From Gammaproteobacteria bacterium (GTDB taxonomy: Bacteria; Pseudomonadota; Gammaproteobacteria; CAJXQU01), in assembly GCA_965238175.1 (NCBI GenBank), contig CBDEGZ010000003.1:2656001-2720000 (forward strand): 64,000 nt of DNA, written 5' to 3'. A program made the translations under genes and the position numbers. The notes under the pieces were generated by a model. It ran no database searches and was not told the DNA's origin. It was given only the letters and a program-made list of their open reading frames with translations. Positions 42,449 to 54,559 of this stretch are shown piece after piece. Numbering within the stretch: the first letter of the stretch is position 1; every line of letters begins with the position of its first letter.

Positions 42449-43693
42449 ATGGAAATGAATAATTTTACCACGTTGTTTATTGTAGCGATCATCATCAATG
42501 TTGGCATACATTTCTGGTTATCGCGACGGCATATCAGCCATATCTTATCTCATCGAGCACAAGTTCCGAATGCTTTTTCTGATGCTATTCCATTAGACTC
42601 ACATCAGAAAGCGGCCGATTATACTGTTGCAGGGCAACGTTTTGGTTTGTTTGAATTATTCCTGGGCACCCTCTTTTTATTCGCCTGGACAATAGGTGGC
42701 GGTTTTGATCTGCTTGATCAATTCTGGCGAGGCTATCAATGGTCATCCATTACTACAGGTGTCGCTGTACTCCTTTCCTCATTTGCAATCATGGCGATTC
42801 TGGATATCCCATCTTCCTTGTATCGTACCTTTAGTATTGAAGAACGTTTCGGTTTTAATAGAACCACAATGAAGATCTTTTTTTCTGACATGATCAAACA
42901 AACATTTCTAATGTTACTGATCGGTATTCCAATGATATGGATGGTTCTTTGGCTGATGGAAAATGCCGGTGAAAAATGGTGGCTCTATGTTTGGATTGTA
43001 TGGATGAGCTTTAGCCTGTTAATGATGTGGGCATTTCCAACGTTTATTGCACCGTTGTTTAATAAATTTGAACCACTGGCCGATGAAAATTTGCGATCAA
43101 GAATAGAAGCTTTGTTGGAACGTAATGGTTTCTCAAGTCAGGGGATATTTGTTGTTGATGGCTCAAAACGTTCTTCCCATGGTAACGCCTATTTCACCGG
43201 TTTTGGTGCAAATAAACGCATCGTTTTTTATGACACCCTGATCGATGATCTTGAAGTCGACGAGATCGAAGCAGTTCTAGCTCATGAACTTGGTCACTTT
43301 AAGCGTAAACACATTATTAAGCAGGTGGCCTTCATGTCAGTGATCAGTCTTACAGGACTTGCTCTTTTGGGGTGGTTGATCAAACAAGACTGGTTTTATA
43401 CTGGGTTGGGTATTTCCCAACCCTCTATCTACATGGCTTTAATTTTGTTTATGATGGTCGCACCGATTTTCAGCTTTTTTCTTGGCCCTTTGATGGCAAA
43501 ACTCTCAAGAAAATTTGAATTTGAAGCAGACGAATATGCATCTAAAAATGCTGACGCAACTAAATTGATCAGTGCATTAGTTAAACTCTATAAGGAGAAT
43601 GCAAACACCTTAACACCAGACCCTTTATATTCAGCCTTCCACGATTCTCATCCTCCAGCGTCGGTTAGAATTGCCCATTTAGAATCGCTTTAG
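42449..43693 (+). CDS. M48 (Ste24-like) membrane zinc endopeptidase
   Basis: DGSKRSSHGNAYFTG, AVLAHELGH (HExxH), EFEAD, SHPP...RI. Confidence 0.93.
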   Translation: MEMNNFTTLFIVAIIINVGIHFWLSRRHISHILSHRAQVPNAFSDAIPLDSHQKAADYTVAGQRFGLFELFLGTLFLFAWTIGGGFDLLDQFWRGYQWSSITTGVAVLLSSFAIMAILDIPSSLYRTFSIEERFGFNRTTMKIFFSDMIKQTFLMLLIGIPMIWMVLWLMENAGEKWWLYVWIVWMSFSLLMMWAFPTFIAPLFNKFEPLADENLRSRIEALLERNGFSSQGIFVVDGSKRSSHGNAYFTGFGANKRIVFYDTLIDDLEVDEIEAVLAHELGHFKRKHIIKQVAFMSVISLTGLALLGWLIKQDWFYTGLGISQPSIYMALILFMMVAPIFSFFLGPLMAKLSRKFEFEADEYASKNADATKLISALVKLYKENANTLTPDPLYSAFHDSHPPASVRIAHLESL

Positions 43694-43776
43694 TAATACG
43701 ATTCAGATAGTGGAAGCTTTTTAAATAAAGATAGTAAAGGTAGTAAAGGTATTTGTCAGAAAGGACTTAAAAAATA

Positions 43777-43847
43777 GGGCACTTTAATAGACAAGGAAGG
43801 GAGGTGCACCAAAGCAATAGCTCAGTGCCTTGTCTACTAAAGACCCC
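43777..43847. repeat. Imperfect inverted repeat (MITE remnant or RNA hairpin)
   Basis: gggcactttaatagacaagg ... ccttgtctactaaagacccc; arms 17/20 complementary. Confidence 0.55.
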
Positions 43848-44046
43848 AGTTATAACACCCATTCAGTATACAACATTAGAAATATACTTAAGAACGCTAT
43901 TCGTTGCCTTTGTTTGTTTTCCAAAAAACAAATTCGTTGAAAAACACATTTATTACAAGATGTTATACTTCTTTCGATGAAACATTGTAAATAAGATCAG
44001 GCACAGTAAAATTTAACAAAACCACAGCTCATTTAGTATCCCCCAT

Positions 44047-45828
44047 TTGGGGGGTATTTATGTTAATCAGAAGATGAATAACCTTTCACAAGAAAACCAA
44101 AATAACCTTATATCCACTGAGGCACTACGTTTTTATTACAGTAATATTATTGATGTCAGTTACTTACAAATGGTTTTCCCTTTTGTTGTTGTCTGGACGT
44201 TCTTTAATACTGTCAACAATATAATACTTACTCTCTGGCTGATCCTTACAATCTCTGTTTTTATAATCAAGATAATGCTCGCTAAAAATTATCTGAAAAC
44301 ATCTCCTCCTGCAGATCAAATTCAACGGTGGGGTAAATACCTGACGATAACCACTTTATTTTCCGGGATTTTATGGGGAATTGCCGGATTTTATTTCCAT
44401 GATCCAGATCAAATTTTTCATGGCCTAATCCTTTATATGATCATTCTGGGTATTTCGGCAAGCTCATTAACTCATACAGCCTATTGGCTTCCGGCATTCT
44501 ATACATACACTATTCCCGCTATTTCTGGAGTAATGTTAGGTCTTGTTTTTCACTTTCCTATAGAAGGTTATATTCCAGCTTTACTCCTCCTTATTTTTCT
44601 CTTAATTCTTTTAAAAATGGCTACCAGCAGCAGGAAAGTGGCTTACGATGCCATTAGACTTAGCTTGGTTAATACTGAGTTAATCAAAAATCTAGAACAA
44701 GAAAAGAAAAAGGCTGAAACCGCAAGTAATGCAAAAACTCAATTTCTTGCATCAGCAAATCATGATCTACGACAGCCTGTTCATGCGCTATCTTTACTCG
44801 TTCACGGCTTACAAAAAGAATTAAAATCCGTACAAGGAAAGTTATTATTCTTTCGCTTAGAACAAAGTGTCAAAAACCTTGGAAACCTACTGGAATCTTT
44901 ACTCGATCTCTCTCGTCTTGATGCCTCTGCAGTTAAGGTCACTCCAACACACTTTCCTGTGTCATCCATTACATCCCAAATACTGATGGATTTTTTACCT
45001 AATGCAAGTAGTAAAGGGCTCAAGTTCAGCGTTCGACATTGTAATGAGGTACTTTTCACCGATAGAACGCTGCTCGAGCGCCTGTTGAGAAATTTACTCG
45101 ACAATGCTTTTCGCTATACCCATAACGGTGGTGTTGTTCTTGGGTTCCGAAAACGTAACAACGACCTTGTCTTTGAAATCTGGGATACTGGGATAGGTAT
45201 TTCTAATAGCGAAAGTGACAAAATCTTTAACGAGTTTTTTCAAGTAAGGAATAGCGAACGAGATCGCTCGAAAGGATTAGGTCTCGGATTATCAATTTGT
45301 CAAAGGATTGCCATCTTATTAGGCACCGAGATCCAATGCCGCTCAATACCTGAGAAGGGTTCCGTTTTTCATTTTAAACTTCCTGTTTCCGCAATGAGTA
45401 AGCCTTCGAAAGAAACGATAATTCATAATGTTAAAGAAAACATGAACATGATTGCACTTAAAGGAAAAGTCATACTGGTAGTGGATGATGATCTGGAAGT
45501 TATTCGGGCAATGTCTCAATTAATTAAAAATTGGGAAATGATTCCACTCACTGCACGTGAGAGTGACGAGGCCTTGGATATATTGCAACAGAGGCAACTT
45601 TTACCTGATTTGTTGATTTGTGATCATCGCTTAAATAGTGGTGAAACGGGACTTGAGGGAGTTAAAAAAATTCAAAAAAAATATCTCATTCCGGCACTAA
45701 TGATCACTGGTGACACTGCACCAGAGAATCTTTATGCACTCAACGATTCAGGTTTACCCATTGTCCATAAACCTGTTACACCCGAGATCCTTTATGAGAA
45801 TATTAGTAGCTTATTGGATCAAAAATAA
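44047..45828 (+). CDS. Membrane-bound hybrid sensor histidine kinase/receiver (start may be ATG 44074)
   Basis: N-terminal TM helices, FLASANHDLRQP H-box, NLLDNAFRYT, DTGIGI, GLGLGL, and a receiver domain (VDDD...LLICD). Confidence 0.92.
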   Translation: MGGIYVNQKMNNLSQENQNNLISTEALRFYYSNIIDVSYLQMVFPFVVVWTFFNTVNNIILTLWLILTISVFIIKIMLAKNYLKTSPPADQIQRWGKYLTITTLFSGILWGIAGFYFHDPDQIFHGLILYMIILGISASSLTHTAYWLPAFYTYTIPAISGVMLGLVFHFPIEGYIPALLLLIFLLILLKMATSSRKVAYDAIRLSLVNTELIKNLEQEKKKAETASNAKTQFLASANHDLRQPVHALSLLVHGLQKELKSVQGKLLFFRLEQSVKNLGNLLESLLDLSRLDASAVKVTPTHFPVSSITSQILMDFLPNASSKGLKFSVRHCNEVLFTDRTLLERLLRNLLDNAFRYTHNGGVVLGFRKRNNDLVFEIWDTGIGISNSESDKIFNEFFQVRNSERDRSKGLGLGLSICQRIAILLGTEIQCRSIPEKGSVFHFKLPVSAMSKPSKETIIHNVKENMNMIALKGKVILVVDDDLEVIRAMSQLIKNWEMIPLTARESDEALDILQQRQLLPDLLICDHRLNSGETGLEGVKKIQKKYLIPALMITGDTAPENLYALNDSGLPIVHKPVTPEILYENISSLLDQK

Positions 45829-46443
45829 TCCAAGCTGACGCGCGGTCTTCACACAACCACTTCTAGTCTTCGCGCCTAATACATTGTAAAGCGCCTTAAC
45901 ATGTGTTTTAACGGTACTTTCAGAAATACTCAATTTCTCCGCGATTTGCTTGTTTTGCAACCCTTCATCAAGGAGCTTAAGAACTTCGAGTTGTCTAGAA
46001 GTGATCCCAAGATGCTTAGCTAAATTGGCAATTTTTTCGTCCATCGCCAAGGTCTCTGTCACCGATCCTGCTGGCCATGACTCTTCGCCGAGTAGTAGTT
46101 TATCGATGGCATCGAGTAGTAGTACCGGACTTTTAGATTTGTGATAAAAACCTTTTGCCCCCATTGATTTTGCCATTCTAATCGTATCAGATACATTGTC
46201 TTTGCCTGTGATAATAAGTACAGGTGGGAAGTAGTCATAGTTCTGAAAAAATTGTAGCAAAGACTGCCCATCGCTATCAGGTAAACCCATGTCCAACAAA
46301 ATGAGATCGTAACGACTTTCACTTTTGATCAGTTCTAGTGCTTCATTACAACTTGTTGCCGTTGATAAATCCACTGTTCTTTCGAGTAGTAATTGTAAGC
46401 TCTCAGAAACGTAAAGATGATCCTCTACCAGCAATAATTTCAT
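45811..46443 (-). CDS. NarL/LuxR-family DNA-binding response regulator
   Basis: LLVEDH, LLDMGLPD, TSRQLEVL...NKQIA..LSISESTVKTHV; convergent with and overlapping the kinase gene. Confidence 0.93.
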   Translation of the reverse strand: MKLLLVEDHLYVSESLQLLLERTVDLSTATSCNEALELIKSESRYDLILLDMGLPDSDGQSLLQFFQNYDYFPPVLIITGKDNVSDTIRMAKSMGAKGFYHKSKSPVLLLDAIDKLLLGEESWPAGSVTETLAMDEKIANLAKHLGITSRQLEVLKLLDEGLQNKQIAEKLSISESTVKTHVKALYNVLGAKTRSGCVKTARQLGLFLIQ

Positions 46444-46521
46444 AACAACATCCTCTGTATTTTTATAATTATAAGGTATGTTCGAATTTAGCGTAAAATC
46501 TTACGTCAGATATAAACTCAA

Positions 46522-47118
46522 TCAAATTTCCTGTCTTGATGTCAACGCATGAGATAGGGTTCCACCATCGATCAGATCTAGTTCACCGCCAAGCGGGACG
46601 CCATGAGCAATGCGTGTCACTTTGGCCTCTGAGGACACGAATATCTGACTTATATAGTGCGCCGTTGCTTCACCTTCTAAAGTTGTACCGGTTGCCAGTA
46701 TGACTTCTTTAACATGGTCTTGTTCAACAATTAATTTCAACTTGTCCAAACCAATCTCGTCTGGGCCAATTCCATCAAGCGGTGATAAATTGCCCATCAA
46801 AACAAAGTAGCGTCCAAAAAAACTACTTGTTTGTTCAATAGCGACAACATTAGCCGGACTCTCCACAACACATAATGATGACGAATCACGTTTTGGACTG
46901 GAGCAAATCTCGCAAATCTGTGTCTCACTAAAATTACGGCATCGCTCGCAATGTTGAACTCCATCCATGGCATTATTCAAAGCCTCAGCAAGTTGCCTGG
47001 CTCCGAGACGATTTCGTTCAAGCAATTCAAACGCAATACGTTGCGCGGATTTTGGCCCAACTCCAGATTGACAGCGTAATGCTTCGATTAAATGATCAAT
47101 AAGAGGCGTATATTTCAA
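46522..47118 (-). CDS. recR: Recombination mediator RecR
   Basis: [10 protein letters not shown]4 zinc finger, [27 protein letters not shown]. Confidence 0.97.
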   Translation of the reverse strand: MKYTPLIDHLIEALRCQSGVGPKSAQRIAFELLERNRLGARQLAEALNNAMDGVQHCERCRNFSETQICEICSSPKRDSSSLCVVESPANVVAIEQTSSFFGRYFVLMGNLSPLDGIGPDEIGLDKLKLIVEQDHVKEVILATGTTLEGEATAHYISQIFVSSEAKVTRIAHGVPLGGELDLIDGGTLSHALTSRQEI

Positions 47119-47122
47119 TGGT

Positions 47123-47446
47123 TCAAAATGGCATCTTTAAACCGGCTGGAAGATCAATTCCAGACGCCATACCGCCCATCTTTTCCTGTGAAACCGTTTC
47201 AACCCGACGATTAGCATCATTAATGGCTGCGGCAATCAAATCCTCCAGCATTTCTTTATCTTCATTCATTAACGTCGGATCAATTGTCACTCGTTTTACA
47301 TCGTGTTTTCCTGTCATAACAACCTTAACCATACCTGCACCAGACTCGCCATTGACTTCCATATTTGCGATTTCTTCTTGCGCCTTTTTAAGATTCTCCT
47401 GCATCTTCTGAGCCTGCTTCATTAAATTTCCCATTCCACCTTTCAT
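47123..47446 (-). CDS. ybaB: YbaB/EbfC nucleoid-associated protein
   Basis: [16 protein letters not shown]...GESGAGMV...EDLIAAA.NDA. The start at 47446 follows the dnaX stop. Confidence 0.95.
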   Translation of the reverse strand: MKGGMGNLMKQAQKMQENLKKAQEEIANMEVNGESGAGMVKVVMTGKHDVKRVTIDPTLMNEDKEMLEDLIAAAINDANRRVETVSQEKMGGMASGIDLPAGLKMPF

Positions 47447-47447
47447 A

Positions 47448-49073
47448 TCACTTTTCTCCATCTGCTGGACGAATACTGTCCTCAATAATGGTTGCATCAA
47501 ATGCATCACATAATGCCTGAATATCAGGATCTGATTTTATCACCTGTTTGGCCTGCTCCAATCGTTGACCATCTTCCCTCACCTGAATTGCCCTGGGGGT
47601 TTGCTGATCTTCAAGCTTCTTTTCGGTTATAACTAATTTCAAATTATGATCAAATTTTGTTCGTAATGCCTCATGTATCTGTTGTTCCATCCTGCGAGTA
47701 CGCATTGCACCTGGTGCGACAACCAAATGAAACTCATTATTTTCAAAGCTCTCCATCGTACAATTAATTGCCAGTTGGAGTGCTAAGCCCTTTAAATTTA
47801 GTTGTTCAATTAACGTATGCCACTCATTGAATTGCTCTGTTTTTGATTCAGACGCTGATAGCGATACGAAATCGTTCTTTTGCAAAGAATCTACTTGATC
47901 GGTTTTCTGTTGAAAATCTGACTGTGCTTCAAACTTAACGCTTGTATTATCTAGCGTCTTTTTTTTTACTGGATTAGGATTCGGATCTACATCCATTTTC
48001 TGAAATGCCAACATTCTTAGCAAGATCATTTCAAAACCACTTTCAGGATCTGGATGAAACGGTAAATCACGCTGTCCGATCAGCACTATTTGGTAATATA
48101 ACTGACATTCCTCAACCGTCAATAAAGCTGCAATTTGCTCTAAACGCTCACTATCACGATGATCTCTTCTCGCTTCGGGCACCAATTGTTTGACTGCGAT
48201 AGCTTGAAGTTGAATCAATAATTCTGCCAGTACGACTTGGTAGTCAGGACTCAACTCAGCCAATTGTTCAGTTTTATTCAGCACTGCAATCGCATCTTTA
48301 GATGCCAGCAATTCGAGCAAACTCAAGACTTGATCTTTATCAATAGTACCCAACATCCCAGCGACATCATCGGCTTTTAGTTCCCCACCACCAAATGAAA
48401 TCGCTTGATCTAGCAAGCTTAAACTATCACGCAAGCTACCATCTGCAGCAAACGCAATCATTTCCAAAGAGCGATCATCAGCATTGATCTTTTCCTCTTC
48501 CAAAATATGTTTTAACTGCTGTTCAATTTGATCGGGTGTTATGCGTTTTAAATTAAACTGTAAACAACGCGAAAGGATCGTTGGAGGAATTTTTTTTGGA
48601 TCTGTCGTTGCCAACAAAAATTTAACATGCGGCGGCGGTTCTTCCAGCGTTTTCAATAAGGCATTAAAACTGCTTTTTGAGAACATGTGTACTTCATCTA
48701 TAAGATAAACCTTATAACGTCCTCGTGTTGGTGAATATTGAACATTATCCAATAGATCACGCGTATCATCGACACCAGTTCGAGAAGCTGCATCAACCTC
48801 GATCAGATCAACAAATCGACCTTCATCAATTTCCATGCAAGAACTACATTGACCACAAGGATTAGCACTTACACCATTTTCACAATTTAAACTTTTAGCA
48901 AAAATTCTCGCAATCGTTGTTTTACCAACACCACGTGTTCCGGTAAACAAGTACGCATGATGTAGGCGATCACTGTCCAACGCATTGGTTAAGGCTTGCA
49001 AGACATGTCGTTGACCGACCATATCTTCAAAACAATGCGGACGCCACTTTCGGGCCAGAACTTGATAACTCAT
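47448..49073 (-). CDS. dnaX: DNA polymerase III subunit gamma/tau
   Basis: [46 protein letters not shown]. Confidence 0.98.
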   Translation of the reverse strand: MSYQVLARKWRPHCFEDMVGQRHVLQALTNALDSDRLHHAYLFTGTRGVGKTTIARIFAKSLNCENGVSANPCGQCSSCMEIDEGRFVDLIEVDAASRTGVDDTRDLLDNVQYSPTRGRYKVYLIDEVHMFSKSSFNALLKTLEEPPPHVKFLLATTDPKKIPPTILSRCLQFNLKRITPDQIEQQLKHILEEEKINADDRSLEMIAFAADGSLRDSLSLLDQAISFGGGELKADDVAGMLGTIDKDQVLSLLELLASKDAIAVLNKTEQLAELSPDYQVVLAELLIQLQAIAVKQLVPEARRDHRDSERLEQIAALLTVEECQLYYQIVLIGQRDLPFHPDPESGFEMILLRMLAFQKMDVDPNPNPVKKKTLDNTSVKFEAQSDFQQKTDQVDSLQKNDFVSLSASESKTEQFNEWHTLIEQLNLKGLALQLAINCTMESFENNEFHLVVAPGAMRTRRMEQQIHEALRTKFDHNLKLVITEKKLEDQQTPRAIQVREDGQRLEQAKQVIKSDPDIQALCDAFDATIIEDSIRPADGEK

Positions 49074-49159
49074 AGCGACATTATAATTCAGCTGCCTCTA
49101 AAATGAAGAAATTTCGAGAATAATAGATAAAGATAAATAACATAACGATTATTCAAAAA

Positions 49160-49272
49160 GGTGGCGGCCACACCCGCCACACCCCGGCACCCGCATCCGC
49201 TGTTGCCGCTGCTCCCTTCCGGGCCTGACGGGGTTCACAACTTCGCGTCGCGGAGGGACTGATGTAGCCACC
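49160..49272 (-). ncRNA. ffs: Signal recognition particle RNA (4.5S)
   Basis: Minus strand GTCAGGCCCGGAAGGGAGCAGC (domain IV core) lies in a long stem closed by GGTGGC/GCCACC; located upstream of dnaX. Confidence 0.92.
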
Positions 49273-49349
49273 ATTGAAAGAAGCGCATTCTATCACATCA
49301 TGCAAGAGGAACTGAATGACCGTTAGCTCTTTAAATAACTAAATAAAGA

Positions 49350-50159
49350 CTAGGGTAAATATTTCCGTGGATCTACCGACTTACCATCCTTACGTATCTC
49401 AAAATGCAACTTAACTTGATTGGTTGCGCTGTTGCCCATTTCTGCAATCGGTTGACCACTGCTCACATCTGCGCCTTCTGTGACTAACAAACGACTATTG
49501 TGAGCATAGGCGCTGAGGAATGAATTATTGTGTTTGATAATGATCAAATTCCCATAGCCTACCAATCCGCTGCCACTGTAGACCACTTTCCCAGCAGCGG
49601 CAGCTTTTACAACTTGTCCCATATTGCCTTTGATATCAATGCCACTACGCGCGGAGGCGGTATTCGATGAGATCAATTTTCCCTTTGCTGGCCATACCCA
49701 GATGATTTTTTTCGGTACTTTTTTAACGATAGGCTTGGTAACCGACACTTTTGGTTTAGGATCTGTTTTAGGAACCGGTTTTGGCTTTTCTGCCTTCGTT
49801 ACTGTATGGATTGGCTTCTTAGGTGGCGGAATTAGACGCAGCTTCTTACCAACAAAAATAGTATACGGTGAGCGAATACCATTCCAATTTGCCAATGATT
49901 TATAATCAATTTGATAACGCCAGGCAATTGAATAAAGTGTATCGCCACGAACAACGGTATAATAATCTTTACGGATTTCTGGTTTAGAAACCTGGTCTTG
50001 AGATTTTTGTTTTTTCTCGACTGATTTTTTTTCTGAGGGATCTGCTTTCTGTTGCTCTCGGCTATAAACCGGAGCCTGGCCTCCACTCATGCAAGAGGTA
50101 AGACCAATGACAGAAATAACTAACAAGCATGCAAAGATCGATTTCTGATCAGTCAACAT
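49350..50159 (-). CDS. nlpD: LysM/M23 lipoprotein NlpD
   Basis: Lipobox LTSC, LysM (YTVVRGDTLYSIAW) and M23 (GYGNLIIIKH, LHFEIR); downstream of pcm. Confidence 0.92.
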   Translation of the reverse strand: MLTDQKSIFACLLVISVIGLTSCMSGGQAPVYSREQQKADPSEKKSVEKKQKSQDQVSKPEIRKDYYTVVRGDTLYSIAWRYQIDYKSLANWNGIRSPYTIFVGKKLRLIPPPKKPIHTVTKAEKPKPVPKTDPKPKVSVTKPIVKKVPKKIIWVWPAKGKLISSNTASARSGIDIKGNMGQVVKAAAAGKVVYSGSGLVGYGNLIIIKHNNSFLSAYAHNSRLLVTEGADVSSGQPIAEMGNSATNQVKLHFEIRKDGKSVDPRKYLP

Positions 50160-50189
50160 ACTTAACCTCCCTTAGATCCCCGGATCGTA

Positions 50190-50849
50190 TTACTTGCTTA
50201 CACCACTGCGCATCGGCACAAAACTGACTGCATCCAATTTTTCTTCACTATAATTCGTTTCATCTTCTCGAGTAATTAACGAAAGTGTTTGAGAACTTTC
50301 ATTACCTATCGGAATAATCAAACGCCCACCGACTTTTAATTGTTGTAATAATTGAGGTGGAACAACGATGGGTGCAGCTGCGACAAGAATAGCATCATAA
50401 GGACTATTTTCAGCCCATCCTTCCATTCCATCACCATGTTTAACAAGAATATTAGGGTAACGTAATTGTTGGATCCGTTCCCTTAACTTAATAGCTAAAA
50501 AAGCAATTCTTTCGACCGCAAATACCTTGCTGGCACACTGTGAAAGAACAGCACTTTGATAACCACAACCTGCACCAATTTCCAGCACCTTTTCATGTGA
50601 TCCTTGCAGCAATAACTCTGTCATTCTAGCCACAATATAAGGCTGTGAAATAGTTTGTCCGTGGCCAATGGGTAAAGCGGTATTCTCATAAGCACGAGAC
50701 GCTAAACCCTCATCGATAAACAAGTGTCTGGGAATTGTCTCAATGTATTTTAGTACAACTGAATTAGAAATACCCATGTCTGAAAGTTGCTTTGATAAAC
50801 GAACACGCGTTCGTTCAGATGTCAGCCCTATGCCACGATGATCATTCAT
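50190..50849 (-). CDS. pcm: Protein-L-isoaspartate O-methyltransferase
   Basis: [34 protein letters not shown]. Confidence 0.96.
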   Translation of the reverse strand: MNDHRGIGLTSERTRVRLSKQLSDMGISNSVVLKYIETIPRHLFIDEGLASRAYENTALPIGHGQTISQPYIVARMTELLLQGSHEKVLEIGAGCGYQSAVLSQCASKVFAVERIAFLAIKLRERIQQLRYPNILVKHGDGMEGWAENSPYDAILVAAAPIVVPPQLLQQLKVGGRLIIPIGNESSQTLSLITREDETNYSEEKLDAVSFVPMRSGVSK

Positions 50850-51610
50850 CTTTTATCTATATTCTCCAGCCACTGAGAAACCATCTCTAGCGAACTATGT
50901 TGAGTCAAATCAATTTGTAGTGGCGTAATCGACACGTATCCTTGTCTAATGGCCTGGAAATCCGTCCCTGAACCGGCATCCTGTTCTCCACCTGGTGGCC
51001 CAATCCAGTAGATATCCTGGCCGCGAGGGTTCTTATCTTTGATTACTGGTTCTGACTTATGTCGTTGTCCTAATCGTGTTACTTGCAAGCCTTTTATTTG
51101 ATCCAATGGCAGATCCGGTACATTTATATTCAAAATCGTATCTGCAGGTAAAGGATTTTTGTCCAGCTTATAGATCAAATTTTTGATTATCGATGCCGCA
51201 GTTTCATAATAAACTGGATCTTCGCCAGTATCACTCGCTAAGGAGATTGCCAGTGCTGGAAGTCCCATAAATCGACCTTCCATCGCTGCCGCTACCGTAC
51301 CTGAGTAAATAACATCATCACCAAGGTTGGCGCCAGAATTGATCCCTGAAACCACCATGTCAGGCATCTTATCAAGCAATCCTGTAATCGCAATATGCAC
51401 ACAGTCAGTTGGTGTTCCGTTTATAAAGTACTGATTTTCAGAAAATTTCTGAACTTGCAACGGGTTGTCCAATGTCAGTGAATTACTCGCTCCACTACGA
51501 TTTCGATCAGGGGCAACTACTGCCACCTCTCCTATTGATGAAAGTGTCTCTGTCAGGGTTTTGATCCCTGTTGCACGATAACCATCATCATTACTGATCA
51601 AAAAATACAT
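50846..51610 (-). CDS. surE: 5'/3'-nucleotidase SurE
   Basis: [34 protein letters not shown]. Confidence 0.97.
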   Translation of the reverse strand: MYFLISNDDGYRATGIKTLTETLSSIGEVAVVAPDRNRSGASNSLTLDNPLQVQKFSENQYFINGTPTDCVHIAITGLLDKMPDMVVSGINSGANLGDDVIYSGTVAAAMEGRFMGLPALAISLASDTGEDPVYYETAASIIKNLIYKLDKNPLPADTILNINVPDLPLDQIKGLQVTRLGQRHKSEPVIKDKNPRGQDIYWIGPPGGEQDAGSGTDFQAIRQGYVSITPLQIDLTQHSSLEMVSQWLENIDKR

Positions 51611-51611
51611 A

Positions 51612-52514
51612 TTAGCCCATCAGAAATTCAAGTAGAGCTTTTTGTGCATGTAGGCGATTTCCGGCCTCATCCCAGACCACGCTTTGTTCGCTGTCTAAAA
51701 CGTCAGCAGTCACTTCTTCACCGCGATGAGCCGGTAGACAATGCATAAATAATACATCAGGATTGGCCAGCGACATCAGATCAGCATTAACCTGAAAGGG
51801 TTCAAATGTATGTGCACGCTCTTCGGCTTCTTCTTCCTGACCCATGCTAGCCCAAACATCTGTGACGATTAGATCAGAGTTTTCTGATGCTTCTTTTGCT
51901 GAAGTAAAAACCTTAATTCGATCACCTGCTTTCTTAACAATATCTTCATCAGGTTGATAACCTTCGGGGCTGGCAATATTTAATTGAAAGTTTAATAACA
52001 TTGCTGCATTAACGTATGAGTGACACATATTATTTCCGTCGCCAATATAGGTCACCGTTTTTCCTTCAATGGATCCTCTATGCTCCTGATAGGTTTGCAT
52101 ATCGGCCAACAATTGACAGGGATGATAGGTATCTGTCAGGCCATTAATCACCGGAATTGAAGAGAACTCCGCAAAACGTTCGACATTTGTATGCTCAAAT
52201 GTTCTCACCATGATCCCATCAACCATGCCGGAAAGAACACGAGCAGTATCACTGATTTCTTCGCCACGCCCTACTTGTGAATGTTGAGGCGATAAAAAAA
52301 TCGCACTTCCCCCGAATTGAATCATGCCCGTTTCAAATGAAACACGGGTACGCGTTGATGATTTTTCAAAGATCATACCGAGTACTTTGTTCTTTAACGG
52401 CTCGAAAATTCGTCCTTCTTTTTGCCAGGTTTTAAGCTCGCTTGCACGATTCAACAATTGTCGAAACTCATCACTGCTCAAATCATGTAAGGTCAGAAAA
52501 TGTCTGCTTGTCAT
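51612..52514 (-). CDS. argF: Ornithine carbamoyltransferase
   Basis: [26 protein letters not shown]. Confidence 0.97.
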   Translation of the reverse strand: MTSRHFLTLHDLSSDEFRQLLNRASELKTWQKEGRIFEPLKNKVLGMIFEKSSTRTRVSFETGMIQFGGSAIFLSPQHSQVGRGEEISDTARVLSGMVDGIMVRTFEHTNVERFAEFSSIPVINGLTDTYHPCQLLADMQTYQEHRGSIEGKTVTYIGDGNNMCHSYVNAAMLLNFQLNIASPEGYQPDEDIVKKAGDRIKVFTSAKEASENSDLIVTDVWASMGQEEEAEERAHTFEPFQVNADLMSLANPDVLFMHCLPAHRGEEVTADVLDSEQSVVWDEAGNRLHAQKALLEFLMG

Positions 52515-52527
52515 AACGTTAAAATCA

Positions 52528-53706
52528 TCATGTTTGTAAAAAGGAGCTAATTAATGGTGTCAAAATATCTACAATCTGATCACATTCAACTTCGCTTATG
52601 ATCAAAGGTGGTAGTAAACGGATCGTGTTAACAGCCGTCACATTGATCAATAATTTTTGATCGAGCGACTGTTTCACTAACTCAGCACAAGGTCGATCAA
52701 GTTCAATGCCTATCATCAACCCTCTGCCACGGATATCTACAACTTCTTGAATATCGCGTAGGGACTCTTGAAATTTTGCAAGCAAATATTGGCCACGTTG
52801 TTGAGCTTGTCCAATTAAATTATTGGCTTCCAACACATCAATAACCGCTATTCCAGCACGACATGCGAGAGGATTACCACCAAAAGTAGAACCATGACTA
52901 CCAGGCGTAAATAAACTGGCAGCTTTACCTTTTGCAAGGCAAGCTCCTATTGGGACACCATTTCCAAGTGCTTTAGCTAACGTCATCACATCTGGAATAA
53001 CTTTTTCATGCTGAAATCCAAACCATTTGCCGGTTCTACCCATCCCAGTCTGGATCTCATCTAGCATCATAAGCCAATCATTCTGATCACACAGTTCTCG
53101 GATTTGGGAGAGAAAACCTTCAGCTGGTACGTTAACACCGCCTTCACCTTGAACAGGCTCACATAAAACGGCAACTATATCTTTATTTTCTTTGGCTAAC
53201 GAAGTTAATGCATCAATGTCTCCGAAAGGGATATGCACGAATCCTTGAACTAATGGTTCAAAATTCGCACGTACATTTGGATTCCCAGTGGCGCTTAACG
53301 TCGCCATGGTTCTACCATGAAAACTGCCTTCCATAACGACAATCGTTGGAACCTCTAACTTTTTATTTCGACCATGTAATCGCGCAAGCTTGATGGCAGC
53401 TTCATTTGCTTCTGCACCAGAATTACCGAAGAAAACTTTCTCCATCGACGAAAGTGCACATAGTCGATCTGCAAGTTTCTCTTGTAGATCTATTTGATAA
53501 ACATTTGAGGTGTGTAATAACGTACAAGCTTGATCAGATATTGCTGCTGCAATATCCGGATGCACATGACCAAGACCACACACAGCAATACCTGAAAGCG
53601 CATCTAGATATTGATGCCCTTGCTCATCTTCCAACCAAATACTTCTACCCTTGGTAAACCTGATAGGAAGTGGCGAATAAGATGTCATAAGATGCGATGT
53701 TGTCAT
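52528..53706 (-). CDS. argD: Acetylornithine aminotransferase
   Basis: [46 protein letters not shown]. Confidence 0.95.
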   Translation of the reverse strand: MTTSHLMTSYSPLPIRFTKGRSIWLEDEQGHQYLDALSGIAVCGLGHVHPDIAAAISDQACTLLHTSNVYQIDLQEKLADRLCALSSMEKVFFGNSGAEANEAAIKLARLHGRNKKLEVPTIVVMEGSFHGRTMATLSATGNPNVRANFEPLVQGFVHIPFGDIDALTSLAKENKDIVAVLCEPVQGEGGVNVPAEGFLSQIRELCDQNDWLMMLDEIQTGMGRTGKWFGFQHEKVIPDVMTLAKALGNGVPIGACLAKGKAASLFTPGSHGSTFGGNPLACRAGIAVIDVLEANNLIGQAQQRGQYLLAKFQESLRDIQEVVDIRGRGLMIGIELDRPCAELVKQSLDQKLLINVTAVNTIRLLPPLIISEVECDQIVDILTPLISSFLQT

Positions 53707-53781
53707 GTTGATCTTCTAGAAAAAGGAAATTCGCAGCACGGACATCCATGTTGCGAATTTCCTTATCATGTGTTGATTTAT

Positions 53782-54360
53782 TTAGAGGTTGCTAGTTGCA
53801 AAATCCCAATTAACCAGTGCCCAGAAAGCCTTCAAATAATCAGGTCGCACATTTCTATAATCAATATAGTATGCATGCTCCCACACATCACAGGTCAACA
53901 ATGGGGTATCTCCATCGGTCAATGGACAGGCTGCATTACTAGTGTTTACGATGGCTAACGATCCATCCGCTTTTTTAACCAACCAGGTCCAGCCTGATCC
54001 AAAGTTATTTATTGCTGAATTACTGAACTCTTCTTTGAATGTCTCCAAATTCCCGAAGGCTTTGTTTATACCTTCCAGTAACTCACTGGTCGGCTCTCCA
54101 CCACCATTAGGACTCATAGAATTCCAATAAAAAGTATGATTCCAGATCTGCGCAGCATTATTAAATACAGGGCCTGCAGATGCCTTGGTAATTATTTCTT
54201 CCAAAGAAGCATCCGAAAACTCCGTGCCTTCGATCAAACCATTTAATTTAGTGACATAAGTTGCGTGATGTTTTCCGTAGTGAAAATCTAATGTTTCAAC
54301 GGAAATATGCGGTACTAAAGCATCCTTAGCGTATGGCAAGGCAGGTAAAACGTGTTCCAT
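53782..54360 (-). CDS. sodB: Superoxide dismutase [Fe]
   Basis: [16 protein letters not shown] (Fe-type AAQ), DVWEHAYY. Confidence 0.95.
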   Translation of the reverse strand: MEHVLPALPYAKDALVPHISVETLDFHYGKHHATYVTKLNGLIEGTEFSDASLEEIITKASAGPVFNNAAQIWNHTFYWNSMSPNGGGEPTSELLEGINKAFGNLETFKEEFSNSAINNFGSGWTWLVKKADGSLAIVNTSNAACPLTDGDTPLLTCDVWEHAYYIDYRNVRPDYLKAFWALVNWDFATSNL

Positions 54361-54559
54361 AAAATCCTCTCAAAGTATTGTTTTCTAAATTTATATCTTC
54401 ACGAGTGATATTCACTATTACCCGCAATCCAATCAATCGGGCATCCTATCACATCATGTTGATTTTTATAATTAATATCTTGGATATATACGTAATAAAG
54501 GTTTTTATTATAGTCTTATGTAAGAATTAAAGTTATTTGAAAATTGACCGCTAAACATA

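Noticed and set aside
47447-47509. N-terminal extension of ybaB in the ORF track
   Set aside because: It overlaps the dnaX 3' end; the family-typical start [13 protein letters not shown] is at 47446.
54403-54421. Fur box upstream of sodB (TGATATTCACTATTA)
   Set aside because: It matches the 15-bp core at about 12 positions in very AT-rich DNA; plausible but not distinguishable from chance by eye.
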